A stretch of DNA of 62,961 bases, counting the filler, from Saprolegnia diclina VS20 (taxonomy: Eukaryota): NCBI RefSeq assembly GCF_000281045.1. It is 5 parts of 2 records of this genome, joined end to end, with 100 filler letters (N's around TTAATTAATTAA, not from the genome) between each part and the next. Parts side by side here need not be neighbours in the genome. Positions count along the whole stretch, not along the records: positions 35,323 to 53,154 come from NW_008246146.1; positions 53,255 to 59,569 come from NW_008246146.1; positions 59,670 to 62,961 come from NW_008246147.1; 2 more parts are not named here. One strand, given 5' to 3'. The position numbers and the translations under genes were made by a program. Within the stretch, counting starts at the first letter, position 1. Every line of letters starts with the position of its first letter. Below, piece after piece: positions 51,677 through 62,961 of the stretch. The notes under the pieces are model-generated. The model was not told the DNA's origin. It worked only from the letters and a program-made list of their open reading frames with translations, and searched no databases.

Positions 51677-53154
51677 TGTGGTAGTAGTCGAAGAAAGTAG
51701 ATCTGAGCGTGAGTCGGCAAACTCGGCAATGCCCAGCTGGTGCCATCGCCCGTGCGGGGGCAATTCCTTTCAAACGATATTGCGAAAACTCTTCGAAACG
51801 CCTTGTCGGTAGATAGCTGTATCTTTGTATGGAACTCTGGGCAGGCCCATCTCGCACGCTTGCTTTCAAGGAGTTTCTCCTGAAACGTGTTGATGGGATT
51901 GATCATGAGATCAAGCGCCCACTTCGGGTCGTTTTCATTGGCTATAATGAGCGATTACGAGCGCACTTTGCACCACGTGGGAGCCAGTGTGTGGTTAGTA
52001 TTTCTCGCCAACCGGTAAACACATGTGGGCCGGCCCCGGTCCTTTTGGCGCGCGGAGCATCGGTCGCGCGTTCCCGCCCAATATTCCATTAAATTGCAAA
52101 TGCCATTTGAGCGGGACGACACGCGTCATCCCGCGCGCGACAATGCGTGAGGCGACCTATTCGTGGGGTCGCAAATTTAGGTCGGCGTTGCCACACGTCA
52201 TCGCATCTCGACGGATTGTGTGACCCAAACGGGTGGTCGGCGTGTTGGCCAGAGCTCCCAAGTCGTCTTGGTTTAGTTAGTCGACAGGTCGACTCGAGTC
52301 GCAATGGGCCAGCGATAACGGTGACGCGAGCTTGCAGTGTGCGCGTGCGCGATGCAAAGCTGTGGTGAGTGAGCTCGGACCAACAGACTGCGACACGGGC
52401 ACTACGTTGTGGGTGGGACAGCGTCAACTTGCAACATAACACGCCAGCTGCCAACATAACGTTCGCCCGTCGCGGGGAAAATGGAGCCAAGGTTACCAAC
52501 CCGGGTCGTCAGATCTGTCCGCCGCTGCTGCTTGCCATCGCATCGTTGGCTGCCGACACGCGTGATCCGAGAACCGTCGCCATCGAAATTCGAACCCCGT
52601 CACGTGGAATCTTGGTTTGTTCAATTATCGCGCATGGATGTTTTCGATTCGTTGGTGCGACGTTGGAGCCCAAACGCCAGAGTTGGAGGCCAGTACAGTG
52701 TCCAGTACAGTGTAGCCAGCGGCGTCCCATCGCCAACGCTCGGAATCACGTAATTGTGCGTGTTCTTCAAAATGGCGCTCTGCACAGGCTCGGTCGCTTC
52801 GGGTGCTGGGTCGTGAGCTCGCGAGAGGAGCTTCTTTCTTTGCAATGCGAGGCGCGTCGTCTACATACTTGGTGCCAAAGCACACTGCGATTGCAACTGC
52901 TACCAGACTGTTATTGGACGTCCTGCGCTCGAAATGACGAGTTTTCCATCACGCCACGATGCGTTATCGGTTGGATCCATAGCGTTGATGGATCATGTCA
53001 TGCTCCTTCGTGGTCGTTCGCACAGATCTCGTTGGCGATACCACAACAGTATGCATCGTATATATTGGCCGAGGCGATATGCTTGCGTGCTTCTTATGAC
53101 GTAGCTGTTAGCCGTAGATGTTCTTGGAGTGTCTGCGCTCATCATCCATCGCAG

Positions 53155-53254
53155 NNNNNNNNNNNNNNNNNNNNNNNNNNNNNNNNNNNNNNNNNNNNTT
53201 AATTAATTAANNNNNNNNNNNNNNNNNNNNNNNNNNNNNNNNNNNNNNNNNNNN
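53155..53254. other. Artificial scaffold linker
   Basis: N-TTAATTAATTAA-N. Confidence 0.97.
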
Positions 53255-55320
53255 GTACGTTACCCACGTGGCTTCGCCTGCGAGAATCCCAATGTGCGCT
53301 AGCGGACGAGGTGCAAACTGAAAGCGAGCAATATTGTCTTCATTGAGAAAGACCAGAGGTGTCGTGCTGAGCATAGTAATGGCGGCCGCCGCGCGAAGCA
53401 GCAACAATGGTCGACCGACCCACACCGACCCGGCAACGCGATTGTACATGAACAGATGCGAGCCGTCGGCGTATGGAGTTGGCTGAAGCAGAGCGTACGC
53501 TGCCGTGATGCAGGCCACTCCCACAAGCACCACCGACGTTGTAATGGCGACCACGTAGAGGTACTTGCACGTGCTTTTGGGTACTTCGATCGTTTTGGCG
53601 CGAAATGGAATCGGCTCGATGCGCTCCGACATCAAGTTGAACGTGGCGACGTCGCCTTGGAACGAGACGACCTCTCGGTAGCCATTGACCCACTCGTGCA
53701 GCGCCACGTAGCCCATGAACGACCACGTGTCATCACCCAGCAGCGGCTGGCGCAAGACAGTCGAGTTGCCAGTAGGCGTCCGTGCAAACTGAATGATCTC
53801 TACGTTGAGACGTTGGATGGCGTCGGCAGCAGCTTGGACTGTTGGCGTCAGTAGGCTAGAGAGTGTAGCGTTTGACAGTAGTTGGTTGACAATGGTCGTA
53901 GCCTGAGTGACGAGTGAGCTGCAAAGTTCAGAGGTTGCAGCGCTGCAAGGTGCGCAGCTGCTAAGATCTGATAGATGCAGCAATTTCATGGTTGTTACTG
54001 CAAACACTGCCGGCGAAGGTTCCACAAGGAGCCGACTCGGTACTGGACTGCCGCACGTATCGTCAAAAGAGAAGGACGGCTGCACAAAGTTCGCGCCAGA
54101 GCCAAACGGGCAGAACGGGCTGCCGCCAAAGAAGGTGTAGCTGGATCTCGGCCATGAGAGAGACACAGGGTCGAGCAATGGCGCTGGCAACTTGGAGTAG
54201 AGACTGAGCAGCGCTCGATCCGCTAGAAGCGCCTGAGATACTGCAGCTTCGATGCTGTCATAAGCAAGCACAAATGCTCTGGGTGGGGCTTCGAGCATCA
54301 TGTCAATGTTGAGAAATGGGCCGAGTGTATCGTGGATGATGACGCTGGCGGGCGTGAAGGGATACAAGAAAAGGATGGCTTCCATGGTCGCGTCGCCCAT
54401 NNNNNNNNNNNNNNNNNNNNNNNNNNNNNNNNNNNNNNNNNNNNNNNNNNNNNNNNNNNNNNNNNNNNNNNNNNNNNNNNNNNNNNNNNNNNNNNNNNNN
54501 NNNNNNNNNNNNNNNNNNNNNNNNNNNNNNNNNNNNNNNNNNNNNNNNNNNNNNNNNNNNNNNNNNNNNNNNNNNNNNNNNNNNNNNNNNNNNNNNNNNN
54601 NNNNNNNNNNNNNNNNNNNNNNNNNNNNNNNNNNNNNNNNNNNNNNNNNNNNNNNNNNNNNNNNNNNNNNNNNNNNNNNNNNNNNNNNNNNNNNNNNNNN
54701 NNNNNNNNNNNNNNNNNNNNNNNNNNNNNNNNNNNNNNNNNNNNNNNNNNNNNNNNNNNNNNNNNNNNNNNNNNNNNNNNNNNNNNNNNNNNNNNNNNNN
54801 NNNNNNNNNNNNNNNNNNNNNNNNNNNNNNNNNNNNNNNNNNNNNNNNNNNNNNNNNNNNNNNNNNNNNNNNNNNNNNNNNNNNNNNNNNNNNNNNNNNN
54901 NNNNNNNNNNNNNNNNNNNNNNNNNNNNNNNNNNNNNNNNNNNNNNNNNNNNNNNNNNNNNNNNNNNNNNNNNNNNNNNNNNNNNNNNNNNNNNNNNNNN
55001 NNNNNNNNNNNNNNNNNNNNNNNNNNNNNNNNNNNNNNNNNNNNNNNNNNNNNNNNNNNNNNNNNNNNNNNNNNNNNNNNNNNNNNNNNNNNNNNNNNNN
55101 NNNNNTCAATCTCCGAGGCGCTGGAGACGCTGAGGTGGCGGTTGAAGACGTCGATGAGGTACGTCTGCGCCGACGTGGGGTCAAAGCCGGGCCAGAAGAG
55201 GTCGTTGGCGAGACCCGGACCGACAATATCGAGAAACCAGAGACTCGCACCCATCGAAGCGCCGAGATACGTCAGTCCAAGCCAGCGCTTGGTGGATGTA
55301 GTGATCGGGATCCACGTCAT
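53255..55320 (-). CDS. Large multi-TM family protein of unknown function; spans N gap 54401-55104, 3' truncated
   Basis: N-terminus LANDLFWPGF; downstream FFGGSPFC, EWVNGYREVVSFQGD, NRVAGSVWVGRPLLLLR, LAGEATW motifs, as I recall from an expanded oomycete family. Confidence 0.75.
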
Positions 55321-55605
55321 TTGACTTCGTGTGGGCTGGCGGACTTTTGAAGCTTTGTAACGGACAGCAGAAAACCCTTGCCAAAAGCTGCTGCTCCAGT
55401 ATCGCCAAGTTTCGACCTGTAGCGATCTCATTGGACGGTGGAATCTGCAAGTCTCTCGATTCATACTAGATTAGCTCCTAGGATATACGTAGAATGCATC
55501 CAACACTCATCGCAGCTGTCCCACGTGCCGCTTGCTTGCCTCGCTAGCAAGGGCGACCAACCGACTTGTAACCGGTAACCGCCTTTTTTTCAGGCGCTCC
55601 CGAGT

Positions 55606-57002
55606 ATGGGTGCGGCTGCTACGGTCGCCCGCAAGTACCGCGTGCGGCAGCGCACGGCCCAAGGCTGGCACCTCGCTCTCGACAAGTACCACGCGCTACT
55701 CCAAGAAGCGGACCGTCGCGGCTTCAACAAGGCCGAGCTCGACGCGCTGCTCTTAACACTGCGCCAGCGCCATCTACAGCTCCTCGCTCGCGTCCACAGC
55801 GTCACGGACCCCGCGATCGCAGCCATGCAACCATACTATGAAAAATACGCCCCCATCATTGAGCGCCATGCCAAGAAGACGTACAAGCGGGCCAAAGTCG
55901 TCGTCGACCACGTCGAGTACGTCATCACAACGACGACTCTTCAGGCCATCTACCAAGCGCGGCGACAGGTCGTGTCGCAGCTTTCGGACGCGACAATTGC
56001 ATCGTACTTTGACGTTCCGCTCCACGAGTATCAGAGACTCTCGCTACATCCAGTGGACTCCAACGGCAATGTAGGATCGTGTCGCTGCACGTGTCCAAGC
56101 GGCGCTTCTCGATTGCGAATGCCGGCTGCGATTTTCGCGACCATGAGATTGAACACACATTTTTGATCAACGACGATGCGGTACATTGCAACTCAACGGA
56201 CAATATTGTCCACTTTGCACTTTCTTGTTTATAGTTTATCCGGAAACTCCTCACGCTGCAGTGGGTGCCGTGGCAGCCGATCCCGAGCGTGGCCATGAAG
56301 CTCGTCGAGACGTACCTTGTGGCCATTTCGTTTGCGTCCCGAAACGAGTTTGCGATCAAGGTCCCTGCCCGCATTGTGCTTCGCATTGGGCCCAAATGGA
56401 TCGGCGAAGACGTGCGACAGCATGCTGCCACGAGCTTTGCGCACCCGCGTTGGCTCCAGCGCATCGATTTCCAGGAGCGTGAAGGCCGCAGCACGCTCTT
56501 CTACGACCTGCTTCGACACGCGTACGACCTCATGTACACGGAGCACAAGCGCAACGAAGCGATCGCGCTGGCGGCGGCCGAAGCCGCCGCCCGCGCCAAG
56601 GCCGCCGAGGAGACACAAACGCGCGCCCCACCAATGACGGTCTTGACGCCCGAGATGATTCGTCGAACGCTCCAGACGTGCGCCGACCGCATTTTGGACG
56701 AAGACAAATTCCAGTTTTACACGCTGGCGAGCTACGAGAACTGGCGCATGGAGCTCCAGGACACGCGACTTTGTGGCCAAACGATGGAAGAACTTTGCGA
56801 AGAAGAAGCCATGATGCGCCAAGACGACCTCCTCCGACTGTACGCGGCGCGGGTGCTCGAAGGGGCCGAGCGTGTGCAAATGGAAAGCGAAGATGTCAAC
56901 CGTGCACTCTCGCGCGAAGAGCTGGCGGCGACTGCGATGGCTGCCAACGACGTCGACGTCGAGAGCGACTGGGAGAACGACGGCTCGGACGACGGCTTGT
57001 AG
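55606..57002 (+). CDS. Hypothetical helical protein (at least 2 exons; junction near 56070-56235 uncertain)
   Basis: Two consecutive coding-like ORFs with a charged helical C-terminus. Confidence 0.55.
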
Positions 57003-57280
57003 CGAAATATCAAGCCAGGGGAATCGATCGTGGCACGACCTCCAATCTGTTCAACCAGGCATGTAGTAAACACTAGTTGCTACCCCTCTGAACGAAACAT
57101 AGTGTCGACCAGATCTCGCGTGTACACATTGTAGTGGGCCGTGATCAAACGCGACGACCTTTCCTACCGGTCTTGCGACCAGAATGCAAAATTATTTCAA
57201 AATTGCACAATTCACTATTGAGTTAAAGTCCGCGACGGCGAGTTGTAACCATGACGTTGTACATGTCATAAGCTGTCATT

Positions 57281-58473
57281 CTAGTCGAGCACAAGTTGGA
57301 CGGTCGGCAGGTGCTGCCGCCAGAGCCTGTGCACGACTTGGCTATCGACACGGTGGCATTCGAGGAGCCGGACGCATGTGAGGTGCGCGCCTTTAAGCAG
57401 CGACTGGCGCTGGCGCATAAACGCTAGCACCTTGTCGGTCGTGAGCCACGGACACCCAAGGACAGACAGAGTTTGCAGCGACATGGGCAGCAAGAGCAAC
57501 AAGTTCGCGTCGATCGCATCAAACTCCGAGTTGCCGACGAGCGCAAAGTGCTCGAGCGCGGGAAACGCCCTGTCCACGAAGCATCAGACATAATTGTACA
57601 CAAATAGGGCCTACTCGAAGACGGCGCCCGTGAGTGACCGGCACTGTACGAGCTCGAGCGATCGAAGCCGCGGACAGCCGTGCCACGTCACCGAGATCTC
57701 GGTCGCGTCTTCCCATGACGCGTCGTCGTCGACTGCCATGTCACTACGTGGCGATAGCAGCGGCAACACCGCTTGCAACGAGAGCGATCCAACGCAGAGC
57801 GACTCGATCGTTGGTGTCCCGAGAAGCGTCACTTGCGCAGCGTGCGTCCAGCGCTTGTACCATGTGGCGAGGACTGAGAGCCGCGCGAGCTGCGACGGCG
57901 GCAGCATGCCCAGCGCTGCGCGCGTATCGTCGCAAGCTTCGTCGAGGCAGTCGAATTGGTCGGCGATCGCATGGAGACAGCTAACGCAAGGTATTGCAGA
58001 CGGGGGCGCCCGCAGCATCAAACATACATGTCAGCGAGAGACGGCTGGGCTTGGTGGATCACATGGGTCTTGGCGAACACGAGCGCGACGTCCGGCGTGC
58101 GGTCCATTGCCAATCTGGTTATCGCTGCGACGGGCTCGGGCGTGGCGACGACAGAGCGGGGACGAAGGCGGAGTGGCACGCGAACACTCTCCTGGAAGGA
58201 CGCCGCCGTCGCCTCGCACCGTAGCTCCGCCACAGTCGCCGCTACCTCGGCGCGCAGCGCCAGGCTGGATTGATAGCTACAGGCACAGCGTTGCCGTTCA
58301 GCATCGCTCAAGTAGTCTATACCTGGCGAGCTTGGAGGCGCCGGTTTGCCGTCGGCGCCGGGCCCGGACCATGGCGTCTGGCTTGCGTCTGATTGGTGCA
58401 AATACATTGCAGAATCATCCAATCCGTGCTCGTTATCTGGCATACCGGCAACCCACTCATGCTGCCCACTCAT
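57281..58473 (-). CDS. Hypothetical protein with RNI-like leucine-rich repeats, multi-exon
   Basis: CPRLRSLELVQCRSLT, FPALEHFAL, SLQTLSVLGCPWLT, LTCVRLLECHRV. Confidence 0.55.
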
Positions 58474-58539
58474 GCTGCGGTCGAGCAGTGTCGTCGCAAA
58501 ACCTTGTCGTGGCTGCAATGAAGCAAAAACACTTCAAGT

Positions 58540-58576
58540 CCGAGCATAGCTCAGTTGGTAGAGCGTTTGACTGTAG
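58540..58576 (+). pseudogene. tRNA-Tyr(GTA) 5' half only
   Basis: CCGAGCA TA GCTCAGTTGGTAGAGC G TTTGA CT GTA G gives acceptor 5' strand, D arm and anticodon; no T arm or 3' acceptor strand found nearby. Confidence 0.7.
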
Positions 58577-58781
58577 TTGGGTACGGAAAACACTTCTCTG
58601 AGGCTTGTACCAACTAGCCATGAAGGCAAGATATACACGAAACCTTGTCGCGGTGTCGAGCAGAGACTTCACAGCGGTGTCAAGTGTAACGAGCTCAAGA
58701 AAGGCGCCAAAAAGTGAAATTTCATTGTACGAAACCGACAGTGCGTTCGACTGTTGAAGCGTCTCTGGATAATTACTCTAG

Positions 58782-59569
58782 ATGGGTTGTCGCGACATCG
58801 CAGCATCCACCAAGCGCTGGCTCGGCCTCTCTTACCTCGGCGCTTCGATGGGGGCGAGTCTCTGGTTTCTCGATATTGTCGGTCCGGGTCTCGCCAACGA
58901 CCTCTTCTGGCCCGCCTTTGACCCCACGTCGGCGCAGACGTACCTCATCGACGTCTTCAACCGCCACCTCAGCGTCTCCAGCACCTCGGAGATTGATCTC
59001 TTTGACCCCAGCGAGACCATTCTCAAGACGTACGGCCTTCCGTCGACAACTGCGTTCACGAAACCCACGTACCCTCGGATGCGAACCCTGGTCGAGTACA
59101 CGTCGGTGGCCGATGCGATCATTGGCTTTCAGTCGGTCGATCCGGGCTACGTCTTCAACTTGATGACGCTGTACTGCTGGGCGGACTTTGAGAAGCGCTG
59201 GGAGGTCGCTCATACGGCGGCGCGTCAAGCGCGATGTGCCGCTACGATGGCTGACAATGGGGCCGTGTACCTCGAGCCGTTCCTTCGCAACATCGAGTGG
59301 GATGCATGGGATGCCGTCTATGGTGCCAGCTTTGCCCAAGCGGTCGCAGACGCGATTACAATCACACCAGAAGGTCGTGACTGGTACAAGAGTCTCCAGA
59401 ACGCATACCAGTCTCTTGAAATCGAGGAAGCGTACTGGAATTCGCACCAGATTTCATACTTTCAGCTGCAGTGGAGCAACGACTACCAGTTTGGCGTGCA
59501 AGAGTCGATCTCAATTGTCAACATGCTCGGGTGGCGCCAAGACCTCACCATTCAGTCGATCGCGTTCAC
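58782..59569 (+). CDS. Large multi-TM family protein, paralog of 53255-55320, 3' truncated
   Basis: Near-identical N-terminus; YCWADFEKRWEVAHTAARQARC, NGAVYLEPFLRN. Confidence 0.8.
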
Positions 59570-59669
59570 NNNNNNNNNNNNNNNNNNNNNNNNNNNNNNN
59601 NNNNNNNNNNNNNTTAATTAATTAANNNNNNNNNNNNNNNNNNNNNNNNNNNNNNNNNNNNNNNNNNNN
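59570..59669. other. Artificial scaffold linker
   Basis: N-TTAATTAATTAA-N. Confidence 0.97.
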
Positions 59670-60775
59670 ATGAAATCGCGGGGTTTGAAAGCCCCAACGA
59701 CCCCAATTCTGGCTGCCACAGTTGGCTATGGATCTTGACCCGATGTGCGACCAGTTTGTTGGGCCGCGCCGTTGCTTGGGCGCTCACACCAAACTCAAAC
59801 TGCCGAGCGTCGGTTTTCCCAAAATGCGGCACGATATTTCGATTGAAGATAGGTTGAAATCGCGGAAACTGAGGACGCCATCTCGTTTTGTTGATGTTGG
59901 AGAGCGTGTTGCATGTGGCCGAGAGCTGTGGCCGAGGAAGGCATCGCGCCTGCGATATGCCCCGCAATGAGACCTGTCTGTCATACAGTATTTCAGTGTA
60001 ACAAACACACACTATATTCTAGCAAATCACAAGTGTTCTTGCCCCATTTCAAATTTTCGTGGGCCGTCGTCGCGCAGGACCGCCAGCATGTACCGGTACG
60101 TGGCAAGCCGNNNNNNNNNNNNNNNNNNNNNNNNNNNNNNNNNNNNNNNNNNNNNNNNNNNNNNNNNNNNNNNNNNNNNNNNNNNNNNNNNNNNNNNNNN
60201 NNNNNNNNNNNNNNNNNNNNNNNNNNNNNNNNNNNNNNNNNNNNNNNNNNNNNNNNNNNNNNNNNNNNNNNNNNNNNNNNNNNNNNNNNNNNNNNNNNNN
60301 NNNNNNNNNNNNNNNNNNNNNNNNNNNNNNNNNNNNNNNNNNNNNNNNNNNNNNNNNNNNNNNNNNNNNNNNNNNNNNNNNNNNNNNNNNNNNNNNNNNN
60401 NNNNNNNNNNNNNNNNNNNNNNNNNNNNNNNNNNNNNNNNNNNNNNNNNNNNNNNNNNNNNNNNNNNNNNNNNNNNNNNNNNNNNNNNNNNNNNNNNNNN
60501 NNNNNNNNNNNNNNNNNNNNNNNNNNNNNNNNNNNNNNNNNNNNNNNNNNNNNNNNNNNNNNNNNNNNNNNNNNNNNNNNNNNNNNNNNNNNNNNNNNNN
60601 NNNNNNNNNNNNNNNNNNNNNNNNNNNNNNCTCGCATACTTGCCGGTTGAAATCGGAGACTCGGATGCTAGGGACATCAATAGTCCGCAACGACGGCCTT
60701 GCCGTTACTCACGGGAACGAGCGCTACGACAAGAAGAATTTATTATTTTCTCTGCTCATATGTCATTTTCCATGT

Positions 60776-61703
60776 CGCCCGCCGTAGCAGTGCATGGCCA
60801 AAATGTAGAAAATGTTGGAGAATGCTGGGATTATTTTCAACGGCCCACTACAAGTCGCTAGTGATGGAGAGAGATTGAACGTGCGCCGACGAAATAACTT
60901 TCGCGTTGGAACGGCGATGGCACCGACGTGCATAGCGACGTTGTAGTCACCGTCAGACTCGTCCAAGCGACAGTCATCGGGCGCCTTCCCAAGTTACGTA
61001 CTCGAAGAAGCCATTGCCGAGTGTCGGCGGGAGGAACGCAATCACCCAGAGAACGAATTGGCGGATGGCGTCCTTGGGGTGGCGCGTGATCTGAATGATT
61101 TCGTCACNNNNNNNNNNNNNNNNNNNNNNNNNNNNNNNNNNNNNNNNNNNNNNNNNNNNNNNNNNNNNNNNNNNNNNNNNNNNNNNNNNNNNNNNNNNNN
61201 NNNNNNNGTTGGCGAGTTTCAAAACAAATACTTGCAGGCCTTTGATAGCCACGTGCGTCCGCATACAGCCTCTCTCGAGCTAGAGAAAGCGTCCCTGAAA
61301 GTATCACAGCGATTGGAGAAGGTTGCAAAAGTTTCGATTTGGGATCGACAAACCTCACGCCCGCCGTAGCGGTGCATGGCCAAAATGCAGAAAATTGTTG
61401 GAGAATGCTGGGATTATTTTCAACGGCCCACTACAAGTCGCTAGTGATGGAGAGAGATGGACCGTGCTGATTTGCGGCATCGTTGGGCACTGGGTGATTT
61501 TTCAACGAATTGATTTGAATAAAATGGCATTTTCGATACCACGCTCTATGCGCGGAGCCAGAACGCTGGGACCATTTCAGTGGCCAAGGACAAGTCTAGG
61601 AAGAAGCTGTTGTCGAGTGCCGGCGGGAGGAACGTAATCACCCAGAGAACGCATTGGCGGATTGCGTCCTTGGGGTGGCGCGTGATCTGAATGATATCGT
61701 CAC
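60776..61703 (+). repeat. Interleaved imperfect direct duplications
   Basis: 60776-60875 resembles 61358-61458, and 61004-61107 resembles 61601-61703. Confidence 0.8.
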
Positions 61704-62961
61704 GCAGACTGTGGACAAGCACGTCCGGGCCAAGGTGCACAAGCTCCTCGTAGAGACCCTGGGCAAAACTCAACCGCTCGACTGACAGCGACTTGGTGGC
61801 TTGCTGCAGCCATGGCACGAGGTGCGAAATGTGGCTCTGACCCTTGACGAACATACCACGCGCTTAGACGCGATCGTGCGGCCCTCGAAAATCGGGTCGA
61901 GAAGTGGCGTCTACAGGCGAGTGCAATCGCATTCGTCGTCTGGCGACACGGGTCATGCACACAGGCGAGAAAGGTAGAGGCAAAATCGAGACAATCTTGG
62001 GGCCACGCAATATCAATGGGAGCAGCGTAGTCAGCCTCCTTCATGCGCGGGTGCGGGTCCTAGAGGGACGCCGTGAGGTTGGGAACGGCCTCGTCAAGCC
62101 CGAGCCTAGCAGATTTAGCGCACACAAACCCATGGCGCCGGGGTCGTTGACGAAGATCGAACGCAGAATAAACTCGACACCGTGCGCCAAGAGGTCGCGC
62201 TTGATGTCCTTCGACGTACCACTGGCAGTCTTGAACGCAACCGCGATTGCGCCTGCACTTGACGTGAGGAAGATCAGAAGCGGCGACCGTGGCGTCGTTG
62301 TGGCGGTGCACGACGGGTGCGCCAAACGCATCGCACTTGGCCATAAGCGTCGACCAAATCGTGTCGAGAAACTGCTGCGTGCCGTTGGCCAACGCCGAAA
62401 GCGGCGCGATGCGACTCGCTCTCGGCGCCACATTCAAAGCGAGCGACAAAAATCACCGAGTATCGGCGTGGACGCAACCAAGGTCGCCTTGGAAGGTAGG
62501 AAGTAAAAGGCGTCCACGCCTTCGTCGTCACATGGCGCTTTGTATATTGCATTTCTCGGCCCGCTTGGCGAGCCTGTACGAGCGTCGAGAGCTAGCCAAG
62601 TGCGCAACAGCGCTGAGCTGCTGCATGGCAATGTCGGCGAGAGGTTGACCGTCACCTGGGATCGCTTCCTCGTACTCGATCCACGCAGGCGTGACCGCGA
62701 GCATGCTCTTGCGCAACAAGCGCTGCCGTAGCGCCTCGAGCTCTTCCTTGTCGTTCTCGACCTTCTTGGTCGTCGCGGTTGGGTCGGCGGCTCACTCCCG
62801 CCCGAGCTTTTCACAAACCCGCTCCTCCAAGCGGCCTTCTACGTCTTGGTGTACGCACGTCGTCCGCACGCAGGCAATGTCGGCGTCGCCGCTTCAGGTA
62901 TATTAAACGTTGGTATGTAATACTGGTATCTCGAGCGTCGAGCCACGCGCGACTAGATGAG

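Noticed and set aside
24663..59669. Recurrent TTAATTAATTAA palindromes within N runs
   Set aside because: Artificial 100-nt linkers; gene neighbourhoods across them have no biological meaning, and ORFs running through X stretches are artefacts
1..62961. CRISPR arrays, rRNA genes or prokaryotic operons
   Set aside because: No regularly spaced repeats or rRNA signatures seen; genes are intron-rich and eukaryotic

Overview
Eukaryotic genomic DNA. It is GC-rich and gene-dense with many 40-55 nt GT-AG introns, and the gene families point to an oomycete, probably Saprolegniales (inference). Four artificial 100-nt N-TTAATTAATTAA-N linkers split the window into five segments whose adjacency is not biological. 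Segment 1 (1-24662): two paralogous glycosyltransferase-like genes around a GH38 alpha-mannosidase, AIDA, gamma-COP, a PGPGxY-repeat protein, PRP18, a CCHC zinc-knuckle protein, a methyltransferase-like/TPR protein, a one-repeat-per-exon ankyrin gene, NOP10, and a self-nested Harbinger/Tourist-like MITE. Segment 2: four tandem long-chain acyl-CoA synthetases with different predicted targeting signals. Segment 3: a multi-TM protein, two HSF-type factors, a calcyphosin-like EF-hand gene, a CHAT protease-STAND NTPase-TPR (NLR-like) gene, and a SNF2 helicase with an oversized, highly structured intron. Segment 4: an inverted pair of large TM-family genes, two hypothetical genes and an orphan tRNA-Tyr 5' half. 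Segment 5: gapped and repetitive. All exon models were spliced by eye and no database searches were run.
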